Shown here: positions 22,408 through 31,472 of the stretch, one piece after another
Position numbering within the stretch: the stretch's first letter is position 1
Layout: every line of letters begins with the position of its first letter
DNA from: Candidatus Babeliales bacterium
GTDB lineage: Bacteria > Babelota > Babeliae > Babelales > UASB340
Assembly: GCA_023133515.1 (NCBI GenBank)
Contig: JAGLWI010000005.1
Location: 8,434 to 40,433 of the forward strand
Length of the DNA: 32,000 nt
Direction of reading: 5' to 3'
Position numbers and translations under genes: made by a program
Notes under the pieces: generated by a model
What the model saw: the letters and a program-made list of their open reading frames with translations, nothing else
Databases searched by the model: none
What the model was told of the DNA's origin: nothing

Positions 22408-25400
22408 ATGAATAAATTTGTACATCTTCATTTACATACAGAGTTTTCTTTATTAGATGGGGCAATAAAACTTCCACAGCTAATAAATTTTGCAAAAGAA
22501 CAAGAATGGGAAGCCATCGGAATCTCTGATCATGGAAATATTTTTGGTGCAATAAAATTCTTTCAACTAGCCAAAAAAGCAGGAATAAAGCCCATCCTTG
22601 GAATAGAGATGTATTTTATTCCTGATGCAAAGATTAGAGATATAAAAGAAAAATATTTTCACATTTTACTCATCGTTCAAAATAAAATTGGATATAAAAA
22701 TCTGTGCAAATTAATTTCTTTTTCTTATCAAAAAGGTTTTTATTTTAAACCACGAATTGATTACAACATTTTAAAAAAACATTCAGAAGGTCTAATTGCA
22801 ACTACAGGATGTGGAAGTGGTCATATTCCAAGATTATTAAAAAATGAAAATTATGATAAAGCAAAAGAAAGAGCAGAATGGTTTTTAGATGTATTTGGTA
22901 AAGATCGTTTCTTTATAGAATTACAACCACATGAAATAAAAGAACAAAAAATATTAAATGAAAAACTTTTAGATCTTTCAAAAAAAACAAACATTAAATC
23001 TATCGCAACATGTGATTCGCATTATCTTAAAAAAGAAGATAAGTATGCACACGAAGTTCTTCTTGCAATACAAACAAAAAAACATATGGATGATCCGGAT
23101 AGAATGAGTCTTGAAAAATTTGATTTAAGTGTAAAAACAACAAAAGAGATTCTAGATTATTTTAAAGAAAATCAAGAAGCTGTCTGGAATACTGGAACTA
23201 TTGCAGATAGTTGTGAATTCGAATTTGAATTTGGAAAACTTTTTTTTCCGCAATGTCCAACACCAAAAGAATACTCCCAAGAAAGTTATTTTAAAAAATT
23301 ATGTACTGATGGTCTTAAAAATATAAAAGAAAATAGTTTAATTCCAGTAGATCAATATCAAATATACGACAAACGGCTTGAAGAAGAAATGGCTCTAATT
23401 ACAAAAATGGGTTTTGTTGGATATTTTTTGGTAGTCAGTGATTTTATAAGATGGGCAAAACAACAAAATATTCCTGTTGGACCAGGAAGAGGCTCTGTAG
23501 CCGGCTCATTAGTTTCTTGGGCTATGCAAATTTCAAATGTTGATCCAATAAAATATAATTTACTTTTTGAACGATTTTTAAATCCTGAACGCATAAGTAT
23601 GCCAGATATAGACATAGATTTTTGCATAGAACAAAGAGAAAAAGTTATCAACTATGTAAAAGATAAATATGGTCATGATTGTGTTTGTCAAATTATAACT
23701 TTTGGCTCAATGATGGCAAAAGGTGTAATAAAAGATGTAGCAAGAGCTCTTGGTTTTCCATTTCAGGATTCAAATGCTCTTACAGACCTTATTCCAAATC
23801 AACCAAAAATAACACTCAAAGAAGCCATTGAACAAGAACCAAAACTACAAGAATTTATAGATAGTAATCCTAAAGTAAAACATCTGATAGATATATGTTT
23901 CAAATTAGAAGGGCTTACTCGTCATGCATCCAAACATGCTGCCGGAGTTGTAATTTCTCCAGAACCTTTGCATGAAGTACTTCCTTTATACATTCCATCA
24001 AAAACCGATGAATTAGTAACACAATATGCAATGACAGAACTAGAAAGCATTGGTTTTTTAAAAATGGATTTTTTAGGACTCAAAAATCTTACCGTAATTC
24101 AAAGAACTCTTGAGACAATTAAAAAAAATCATAATGTTGAAATAAATTTAGATAAATTAGACCTTCTTGATAAAAAAACTTTTGAACTTTTAAAAGCAGG
24201 AAAAACAAATGGTGTATTTCAATTTGAATCGGATGGAATTAAAGATGTTTTAAGAAAACTTGTTCCAGAAAATCTTGAAGATTTGATTGCTGTAAATGCA
24301 CTTTACAGACCCGGACCTCTAGGTTCTGGAATGGTAGACGATTTTATAGAAAGAAAACATGGTAGAAAAAAAACAACATATATTTTTGATGAATTAGAAC
24401 CAATTCTTGCTCCAACTTATGGTGTTATTGTTTATCAGGAACAAGTAATGAAAATTGCCTCAACAATTGCAGGATATTCATTAGGTGAAGCAGATATTTT
24501 GCGCAAAGCCATGGGTAAGAAAAAAATTGATGTAATGACACAACAAAAGGAGCTTTTTATAAAAAAAGCAACCGAAAAAGGATTTGATCGTAAAAAATCT
24601 GAAAAACTTTTTGATCTTATGGCATATTTTGCAGGTTATGGATTTAATAAATCACACTCCACTGCATATGCAATTATTGCCTATCAAACTGCATATCTAA
24701 AAGCTAACTTTCCTTCAGAATTTATGGCAGCGCTCGTATCTTTTGAAACAAACAACCCAGATCAATTAACTTTTTATTTACAAGAAATTAGCGATATGGG
24801 TTTAAAAACAATTCCACCCGATATAAATAAATCAGAAATAGAATTTTCAGCTAAAAATAATTCAATATTGTTCGGCCTAAAAGGTATAAAAAATATTGGG
24901 CTTTCAGCTCTTGAAAACATTTTTGAAGAACGGGGAAAAAAGCCGTTTATAGATATTTTAGATTTTTGCAAAAGAGTTGATTTGCGAACAGCAAATAAAA
25001 GAGTTATAGAAAGTTTAATTTATTCAGGTGCAATGGACTTAATGCCTGGAAACAGAGCTCAAAAAGCAACAGAGTTAGAAAAGATATTAAAAATTGCACA
25101 CGATGAAAAACAGCAAGTTTTAACAGGCCAAATAAACATGTTCAGCCTTGGTTCAAAAGAATCACAACAAAAAGAAAATCAATTTTATACATTCCAACCT
25201 CTTGAAGAATGGTCAATAAAAGAAAAACTTGAAAAAGAAAAAGAAGTCGCAGGCTTTTATCTAAGTTCACATCCATTAAAAAATTACCCAATTTTAAATT
25301 GGATTCCGTCTTTAACTTTTGCCAAAGCTTTAGAAAAAATAAAACATCTTGATTCAATAAAAGAACCAACAGTTTTTTGTAAAGGTCTTTTACAAAAACA

Positions 25401-25863
25401 TAAAATAATTACCACTAAAAAAGGTGCTAAAATGGCATTCGCTCAATTTGAAGATATACATAACGTAGGCGAATGTGTAATATTTCCTCGTCTTTTTAAA
25501 GTAGTAGAAGAATGGCTAGACAAATACGATATTTTTATCATAAAAGGAGTTCTAGATTCAACCTCAACTACAAAATGTAAAATAAAAGCAAATTTACTTA
25601 TTCCTATCGATCTACTTTTTGAAAAAGCTAAGCCAGAAAAATTAAATATTGAATTGCCAAATGAAATAACTGATGATTTTTTAGAAAAATTGAAATCAGA
25701 GATTTTTTTAAAAAATAATAGTGGACAAAAAGTTCCATTAGAAATTGCTTTTATTGAAAACGGGGAAAAATTAAAAATACAAACTAGCAAAAAAATTACC
25801 TACCAACAACAAAATCTAAAAATGATTGAAGATTTAGGAATTAAAATTCAGATTTTTTTCTGA
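22408..25863 (+). CDS. dnaE: DNA polymerase III alpha subunit
   Basis: 1151 aa. PHP-domain start FVHLHLHTEFSLLDG, MPDIDIDF, GLLKMDFLGLKNLT, YRPGP, FNKSH. Confidence 0.92.
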   Translation: MNKFVHLHLHTEFSLLDGAIKLPQLINFAKEQEWEAIGISDHGNIFGAIKFFQLAKKAGIKPILGIEMYFIPDAKIRDIKEKYFHILLIVQNKIGYKNLCKLISFSYQKGFYFKPRIDYNILKKHSEGLIATTGCGSGHIPRLLKNENYDKAKERAEWFLDVFGKDRFFIELQPHEIKEQKILNEKLLDLSKKTNIKSIATCDSHYLKKEDKYAHEVLLAIQTKKHMDDPDRMSLEKFDLSVKTTKEILDYFKENQEAVWNTGTIADSCEFEFEFGKLFFPQCPTPKEYSQESYFKKLCTDGLKNIKENSLIPVDQYQIYDKRLEEEMALITKMGFVGYFLVVSDFIRWAKQQNIPVGPGRGSVAGSLVSWAMQISNVDPIKYNLLFERFLNPERISMPDIDIDFCIEQREKVINYVKDKYGHDCVCQIITFGSMMAKGVIKDVARALGFPFQDSNALTDLIPNQPKITLKEAIEQEPKLQEFIDSNPKVKHLIDICFKLEGLTRHASKHAAGVVISPEPLHEVLPLYIPSKTDELVTQYAMTELESIGFLKMDFLGLKNLTVIQRTLETIKKNHNVEINLDKLDLLDKKTFELLKAGKTNGVFQFESDGIKDVLRKLVPENLEDLIAVNALYRPGPLGSGMVDDFIERKHGRKKTTYIFDELEPILAPTYGVIVYQEQVMKIASTIAGYSLGEADILRKAMGKKKIDVMTQQKELFIKKATEKGFDRKKSEKLFDLMAYFAGYGFNKSHSTAYAIIAYQTAYLKANFPSEFMAALVSFETNNPDQLTFYLQEISDMGLKTIPPDINKSEIEFSAKNNSILFGLKGIKNIGLSALENIFEERGKKPFIDILDFCKRVDLRTANKRVIESLIYSGAMDLMPGNRAQKATELEKILKIAHDEKQQVLTGQINMFSLGSKESQQKENQFYTFQPLEEWSIKEKLEKEKEVAGFYLSSHPLKNYPILNWIPSLTFAKALEKIKHLDSIKEPTVFCKGLLQKHKIITTKKGAKMAFAQFEDIHNVGECVIFPRLFKVVEEWLDKYDIFIIKGVLDSTSTTKCKIKANLLIPIDLLFEKAKPEKLNIELPNEITDDFLEKLKSEIFLKNNSGQKVPLEIAFIENGEKLKIQTSKKITYQQQNLKMIEDLGIKIQIFF

Positions 25864-26490
25864 ACAATAATCTTTTATTCTTTCGTACAATTTATTATTC
25901 TTTTTTTTCAAAATAAATGCCAAAGATTTTAAAACCCATTTAAATTTCTTTCTTTCTTCTTTACTTAAACTATATTTTAATTCCTCTTGATCACTAACGG
26001 CTCTTTTATGAAAGTCCACATCACAAAGATAATTAATCAATTTAGATGAAACAACAAATACTTGATCTTGAGTTATAAATCCATTATCAAGATGCTCCAA
26101 TAAAATATTATAATTTTTTTCAAACTTTTCTTCCCAAGATAAAAGAAAACACAAGTTAAGCAATTTTGATAAATAATCAAAGTTTTGTGGCTTTAATGTT
26201 AAAAGATGTTGATAAACTGCAAAAGCACATATAAATCTATTCTCTTTTTCATACAAAAAAGCTGCTTGTACATATTTTTTAAGGGAAAGGTTATCTTCAA
26301 GCGACCAAAGCATGTCAGCCTCCAATTGTAAAGCATATGCCTTGTCTTCAAACGAATGCGATAATAAACGATAAAGATTTAATGCTTTCTCTTTTTCTCT
26401 CCTTGTAATAAGGTCTGCAAGCTTGAACCAAGCAATACAACTTGCTCCAAAATCCTTACCAGATTTTTCATGATCAATCTGTTGTTTCAT
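25834..26490 (-). CDS. Hypothetical helical (TPR-like?) protein
   Basis: 218 aa. GAGGAG RBS. No recognisable motif. The 3' end overlaps dnaE convergently by 30 nt. Confidence 0.5.
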   Translation of the reverse strand: MKQQIDHEKSGKDFGASCIAWFKLADLITRREKEKALNLYRLLSHSFEDKAYALQLEADMLWSLEDNLSLKKYVQAAFLYEKENRFICAFAVYQHLLTLKPQNFDYLSKLLNLCFLLSWEEKFEKNYNILLEHLDNGFITQDQVFVVSSKLINYLCDVDFHKRAVSDQEELKYSLSKEERKKFKWVLKSLAFILKKKNNKLYERIKDYCSEKNLNFNS

Positions 26491-26669
26491 TTCCCACTCC
26501 TCTTTTTGTTCCTTTTATTTAAAACTTAAATTTAACACGTGGCTTAAAAAATACAAAATGTTAATTAAATTAGAAAGTAAACCCCTGTTGAAGTTACAAT
26601 ATGCTATGTTATAATTTGTTTTTAACAAACATCTATTTAAAATTTTATATAAATAAGGAAAGTTGTTAC

Positions 26670-27494
26670 ATGTTCTTAAAACATTCAAAATTTAAACAGA
26701 AATTAATATTATTTTTTATATTACCATTCATTTTGGTAAAGTTTATCAATGCAAATCAAGATACAGAATTAAAACTATCCGAAATATCTGATATAAAACA
26801 AAAAACTCAACCTTTAAAAATAATCAAAGATAATAAAGATGATAATGAAAAACAAACCTCTTATTTAACAACAACAGAACGAACCATTTTAAAATCATTA
26901 GTAGAAACATTATGGACTTTGTTAAAAGAAAAAAACAAAAACAATAATGAATATCAAATGCCTCTTATAGATTATTATGAATTAGGAAAAATATATTCTG
27001 ATCTGATAATAGATGAACTTTTTACAAAACAAAAAAATAATTTTAAACAAAAAATAATCGAACTTCTTGTGCCACCAACAGTAGCATTTATTATAAAAAA
27101 TTCAAAAAATAAAGATCAAAAACAAAATTATATAAAATTAACCTCTGATCTTTTTGTAAAACTATTATGCAAACTAACCATGGTAAGATGGTTTCAAACT
27201 CCAGAAACAACTTCTTTCAGAATAGCAAACGATATTGCCATTCTAGGAACTTTTTATAAATTAGACAAAAATAAAAAAGGAATTTATAAATATTTAAACA
27301 TTTATAATGCTGCAGAAAAAATACCTCTCGATTTTTTAAGAACCTATCTTCAATCAAAAAAAGTAGACCTTGGATCATTTTTAAACACCAAACACAGAAA
27401 AAAAGCAATTGCAAAAACCGTACAAGTTTTATGTCTTCCAGTAATACAACACATAATAAATCAAATCACTACTTTAATTACAATCGAAAATTGA
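26670..27494 (+). CDS. Hypothetical Lys-rich protein with N-terminal signal or anchor
   Basis: ATG at 26670 lies after AAGGAAAG; the track start at 26601 is less likely. MFLKHSKFKQKLILFFILPFILVKFINA. The stop TGA overlaps the next ATG (TGATG). Confidence 0.5.
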   Translation: MFLKHSKFKQKLILFFILPFILVKFINANQDTELKLSEISDIKQKTQPLKIIKDNKDDNEKQTSYLTTTERTILKSLVETLWTLLKEKNKNNNEYQMPLIDYYELGKIYSDLIIDELFTKQKNNFKQKIIELLVPPTVAFIIKNSKNKDQKQNYIKLTSDLFVKLLCKLTMVRWFQTPETTSFRIANDIAILGTFYKLDKNKKGIYKYLNIYNAAEKIPLDFLRTYLQSKKVDLGSFLNTKHRKKAIAKTVQVLCLPVIQHIINQITTLITIEN

Positions 27495-29026
27495 TGAATA
27501 TTATAGAGATATATAAAAACAAAAAATTAAAAGCGCTACAAGGTGGTGGTCAAGAAAGAATTAAACGCCAAAAACAATCTGGAAAATATACTGCAACCCA
27601 AAGATTGAATATGTTATTAGATGCAGAAAGCTTTGAACAAATTGATCAACTTGTAACTTCACCTTTTTCATCAAATAAAAATTATACCGATGGAGTAATT
27701 ACAGGTTTTGGAAAAATTGATGGTAAAAAAGTTGCAATTTATGCTCAAGATTTTACGATAAGAGGAGGATCTATAGGAAAACATCATGCAAAAAAAATTT
27801 GCAAAATCATGGATATGGCAGCCAAGATTGGTTGTCCAATTATAGGTCTAATAGACTCTGGTGGAGCAAGAATTGAAGAAGGAATTCATGGTTTAAAAGG
27901 TGTAGGAGAAATATTTTTAAGAAACGTTCGCTATTCAGGAATAATTCCTCAAATATCTGTAATTTTAGGTCCATGTGCAGCTGGAGCAACATATTCACCT
28001 GCTCTTACAGATTTCATTTTTACAACTGAGAAAATAAGCCATATGTTTGTTACTGGTCCAGTAGTTATCTCTAAAGTTTTACATCAAACAATTACAAAAG
28101 AAAATCTTGGTGGTTCAAAAATTCATAATCAATTTTCTGGTGTATCTCATATCGAATCACAAAATGAACAAGAATGTTTTTTTAAAGTAAAAACATTATT
28201 CTCATATCTTCCTAATAATTATTTAAGTCAAGAAGAAACATCAAAAAATTATTTCGAAGAACCTGAAAAAATAAATCTTGAAAAAATAGTTCCAGATAAA
28301 ATAAATAAATCTTATGATATAAAAGATATAATAAATGGAATTTTTGATAAAAACAGTTTTTTTGAAATTCACAAATATTTTGCACAAAACATTGTCGTCG
28401 GTTTTGCAAAACTTGCTGGTTATGTAATAGGGGTTGTTGCAAATCAACCTTTAATAAAAGCTGGAACATTAGATATAGATTCATCTTGTAAAGCTGCAAG
28501 ATTTATACGATTTTGCGATAGCTTTTCAATTCCAATAATATCTTTGGTAGATGTTCCAGGATTTTTACCAGGAATAGACCAGGAACATAATGGAATCATA
28601 AAACATGGTGCAAAATTAATATATGCTTATGCTCAAGCAACAGTACCAAAAATTACAGTAGTTTTACGAAAAGCTTATGGTGGCGCCTACATTGTTATGG
28701 GTAGTAAACATCTTGCCTCAGACTTTAATTTTGCATGGCCAACTGCTCAAATAGCAGTAATGGGTGCAAAAGGAGCAATTGCAATTTTGAATGGAAAAGA
28801 ATTAAATAAAATTGGAAATATACAAGAAAAAGAAAAATTACAAAAAGAATTAGAACAAAAATATGAAGAAAAATATTTAAATCCTTTCCAAGCAGCTGAA
28901 TATGGATATATCGATTCAATAATTGAACCAAACAAAACAAGAAAACATCTAATCTCATCTTTAATAATTTCTAAAGATAAAGTAGAACTTCTACCCAAGA
29001 AAAAACATGGTAATATCCCTTTATAA
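27494..29026 (+). CDS. Acyl-CoA carboxylase carboxyltransferase (beta) subunit / methylmalonyl-CoA decarboxylase alpha-type
   Basis: About 510 aa from the ATG at 27494. YTATQRLNMLLD, FTIRGGSIG, DSGGARIEEG, GPCAAGATYSPALTDF, and the C-terminal half VDVPGFLPG, AYGGAY. The upstream 21 codons of the track ORF lie inside the previous gene. Confidence 0.85.
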   Translation: MNIIEIYKNKKLKALQGGGQERIKRQKQSGKYTATQRLNMLLDAESFEQIDQLVTSPFSSNKNYTDGVITGFGKIDGKKVAIYAQDFTIRGGSIGKHHAKKICKIMDMAAKIGCPIIGLIDSGGARIEEGIHGLKGVGEIFLRNVRYSGIIPQISVILGPCAAGATYSPALTDFIFTTEKISHMFVTGPVVISKVLHQTITKENLGGSKIHNQFSGVSHIESQNEQECFFKVKTLFSYLPNNYLSQEETSKNYFEEPEKINLEKIVPDKINKSYDIKDIINGIFDKNSFFEIHKYFAQNIVVGFAKLAGYVIGVVANQPLIKAGTLDIDSSCKAARFIRFCDSFSIPIISLVDVPGFLPGIDQEHNGIIKHGAKLIYAYAQATVPKITVVLRKAYGGAYIVMGSKHLASDFNFAWPTAQIAVMGAKGAIAILNGKELNKIGNIQEKEKLQKELEQKYEEKYLNPFQAAEYGYIDSIIEPNKTRKHLISSLIISKDKVELLPKKKHGNIPL

Positions 29027-29132
29027 AATTAATTTTTCCAAGATATTTATTAGAATATACCTCTATTTTTGACTTTATTTAAATCTTGTTTAATCTTCAT
29101 GTATTCATGGGGTGTCTAAATTATTTTATATG

Positions 29133-29191
29133 TAAGCCGATCTGTCCTCCGAAGCTCGAAGAGCGAAAGGGGAAGTCTTGACGAAGGCTTA
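29133..29191. other. GC-rich structured island upstream of the pentapeptide gene
   Basis: Outer stem TAAGCC (29133-29138) / GGCTTA (29186-29191) encloses GTCCTCCGAAGCTCGAAGAGCGAAAGGGGAAG, which contains the inner hairpin GCTC-GAA-GAGC. It is followed by TTTT. Confidence 0.4.
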
Positions 29192-29211
29192 TTTTAAAGA
29201 AAGAATTTCTT

Positions 29212-30099
29212 ATGAAATCAAGATTATTTTTAGTGCTACTAACAATTACAATAGTTACAAAAATTCATGGTTATAATCAAAAAGATTTTGAAATTGCTTG
29301 TCAAGGTGGAAAAAATTTAAATCTAATAAAATCAGATTTAAGCAATCTAAATACAAAAAAAAACTTAATAAAAACAAATTTAAATCATGCCGATTTAACT
29401 CAAGCAAATATAAAAAATACAAATCTGAGCAATGCTAATTTAGAAAAAGCCCTTTTATATAAAACGAATTTATTTAAAACTAATCTTTCTTTTGCAAACT
29501 TACGCGGCGCAAAAATTATAGATGCTAAATTAAATTGTACAAATCTTAAAAAAGCAGATTTTTATCAAGCCGATTTAACAAATTCAGATTTTTCTGGAAA
29601 AATAAGTTTTTTTCATGGAATAACTTTATATCTAAAACTTTTGTTAAATTTGGAAAAACCAACATTCAAAAATCCAGAGTATAAAAATAGAATAGAAACA
29701 AATTTTAAAAGAGTAAAAGCTATAAATACTAATTTTAGTAATGCAAATTTGATAGCAGCAAATTTTGAAAAATCATACTTAACAAATGCTAAATTTAATC
29801 ATTCTATTTTAGCATTTGCTAACTTTTCTAATATAAAATCTCTAAGAGAAACAGATTTTAGAGGAGCTTTATTATTTGGTGCTGATTTTTATAACACAAG
29901 CTTTGAAAACGCAATAGTAAAAAATGTTGATTTTTATGGGGTAAAAGGACTATCCGAAAAACAAAAAAAATATTTAGTTAAATATGGCGCTAAAAATGTT
30001 TACACTCAAGAAGAATTAGAAGAATTAGAATCATCAGCCACACAAGTTCAAAGTGTAATCAGAGGATACTTAACAAGAAAAGAATTTAAAGAAAAATAA
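29212..30099 (+). CDS. Pentapeptide-repeat protein with signal peptide and a C-terminal IQ motif
   Basis: Signal peptide MKSRLFLVLLTITIVTKIHG. Two blocks of A(D/N)LxX repeats (ADLTQANIKNTNLSNANLEKALL...; NFSNANLIAANFEKSYLTNAKF...). The C-terminal VQSVIRGYLTRKEF matches IQxxxRGxxxR. Confidence 0.8.
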   Translation: MKSRLFLVLLTITIVTKIHGYNQKDFEIACQGGKNLNLIKSDLSNLNTKKNLIKTNLNHADLTQANIKNTNLSNANLEKALLYKTNLFKTNLSFANLRGAKIIDAKLNCTNLKKADFYQADLTNSDFSGKISFFHGITLYLKLLLNLEKPTFKNPEYKNRIETNFKRVKAINTNFSNANLIAANFEKSYLTNAKFNHSILAFANFSNIKSLRETDFRGALLFGADFYNTSFENAIVKNVDFYGVKGLSEKQKKYLVKYGAKNVYTQEELEELESSATQVQSVIRGYLTRKEFKEK

Positions 30100-30204
30100 A
30101 ATATTTTATTTTTCTTTAAATTTAATTTCAAAATCAAACAATTTTATATGTTTACGTTCCTCTTCTCCACTTTTAAACCCAAATGCCAAAATTTGTAATT
30201 TTTT

Positions 30205-30258
30205 ATACGGAATAATTTTCATGCTAGCTTAATGAAAATTACTATGAAGGAGAAAGAA
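30205..30258 (+). pseudogene. Possible degraded fragment of a GNAT paralog
   Basis: AATTTTCATGCTAGCTTAATGAAAA (30214-30238) matches 31897-31921 inside the GNAT CDS at 24/25 positions. The flanks align more loosely (GGAGAAAGAATCA vs GGAGGAAGAATTCA). Confidence 0.3.
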
Positions 30259-31275
30259 TCAAATTGATTCAATAACCTTCCACACTTTTACATATGATTC
30301 ACAATTTGAAACTGATACAAAAATACTACTAGAAGAATTTGGATGGCATGATATTGAACTAATCACATTTTCATTTTCATTTATATTTTTATTTTTACAA
30401 TAAAGTTCTGCATCATTAAAACCACTACTTATTTCTAGATCACCTTCTCTAGAACCAAAAACAAGTATATCGTTTCCTTTAAATAACATCCAATCCATAG
30501 AACAAATATCACTACATCGATTAAACAAATCCCAACAATACAGATACGTGTTATTTAAAATTTTTACTTTTACATTCTTAGAAAATCCAAACGCAATATT
30601 CTTGTTTTCTATATTCTTAGAAAATGCTAACGAACTAATACTGTAATCATATTTATATTTTCTAATATATCTGCCAGATTCTATATTTTGTAATATTACT
30701 TGCCCATTCTGTAATCCAAAAGCAAAAATATTAGAATTCGGATCAATATCAGATTTAACAACACTAATTCCATATTCATATTTAGGGAAGGTTTTAATAC
30801 ATTTTTCATTATTCCATATCTTTACTGTCCCATCAGCTGATCCAGAAACAAGAATGTTAACTTTTGAATCAGAATGAAACGCAACATACAAAGCACCTTG
30901 CTGATGCCCTTTTAAAGTCTTTAAGCATTCTCCAGTTTCTATATTCCATATTTTTATTTCCCCATCAAATGATCCAGATGCAAGAATATTAGAATTCGGA
31001 TTTGGGTGAAAATCTAATGAACAAACTCGATCTTTATGCCCTTCTAAAGTTTTAATATATTTACCTGTTGTTATATCCAATATTTCTATCTTTTTATTCC
31101 ATGAACCACATGCAAGAATATTAGATTCTGAATCAGGTTTAAATTTTGCAACGTAAAAATTTTGCCTCTCATCATTTGATTTAATTGTTTTAATTAACTT
31201 AAAATCTATTTCACATACCATAGCATCATTTAAACCAAACAATATCATAGTTGTAATGAGCAACAGTTTTTTCAA
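30259..31275 (-). CDS. WD40-repeat protein with a hydrophobic N-terminus
   Basis: Repeats such as LEGHKDRVCSLDFHP...ILASGSFDGEIKIWN and LKGHQQGALYVAFH...LVSGSADGTVKIWN. The start codon at 31275 is TTG, 5 nt after GAAGGA. The N-terminus is MKKLLLITTMILFGLNDA. Confidence 0.8.
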   Translation of the reverse strand: MKKLLLITTMILFGLNDAMVCEIDFKLIKTIKSNDERQNFYVAKFKPDSESNILACGSWNKKIEILDITTGKYIKTLEGHKDRVCSLDFHPNPNSNILASGSFDGEIKIWNIETGECLKTLKGHQQGALYVAFHSDSKVNILVSGSADGTVKIWNNEKCIKTFPKYEYGISVVKSDIDPNSNIFAFGLQNGQVILQNIESGRYIRKYKYDYSISSLAFSKNIENKNIAFGFSKNVKVKILNNTYLYCWDLFNRCSDICSMDWMLFKGNDILVFGSREGDLEISSGFNDAELYCKNKNINENENVISSISCHPNSSSSIFVSVSNCESYVKVWKVIESI

Positions 31276-31472
31276 ATCAATCCTTCTCTTTTTTAAAAAT
31301 TAATCAATATTTTTCATTACTTAAAATTTTTTACTTCAAATTAAATAAATATTACAAGCCCTTCTTAATAATTTTTAAATACATTTATCAAAATCTTTTA
31401 TTTTAATTCATTATTTCATTAAAATATGTAAAAATATAAAAAAACAAGTAATTCACTATTAAAATTAAAATT

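Noticed and set aside
23358-25790. Antisense ORFs inside dnaE (23358..23651, 24774..24971, 25142..25369, 25443..25790)
   Set aside because: They lie entirely within the well-supported dnaE reading frame on the opposite strand, and their translations contain no motifs.
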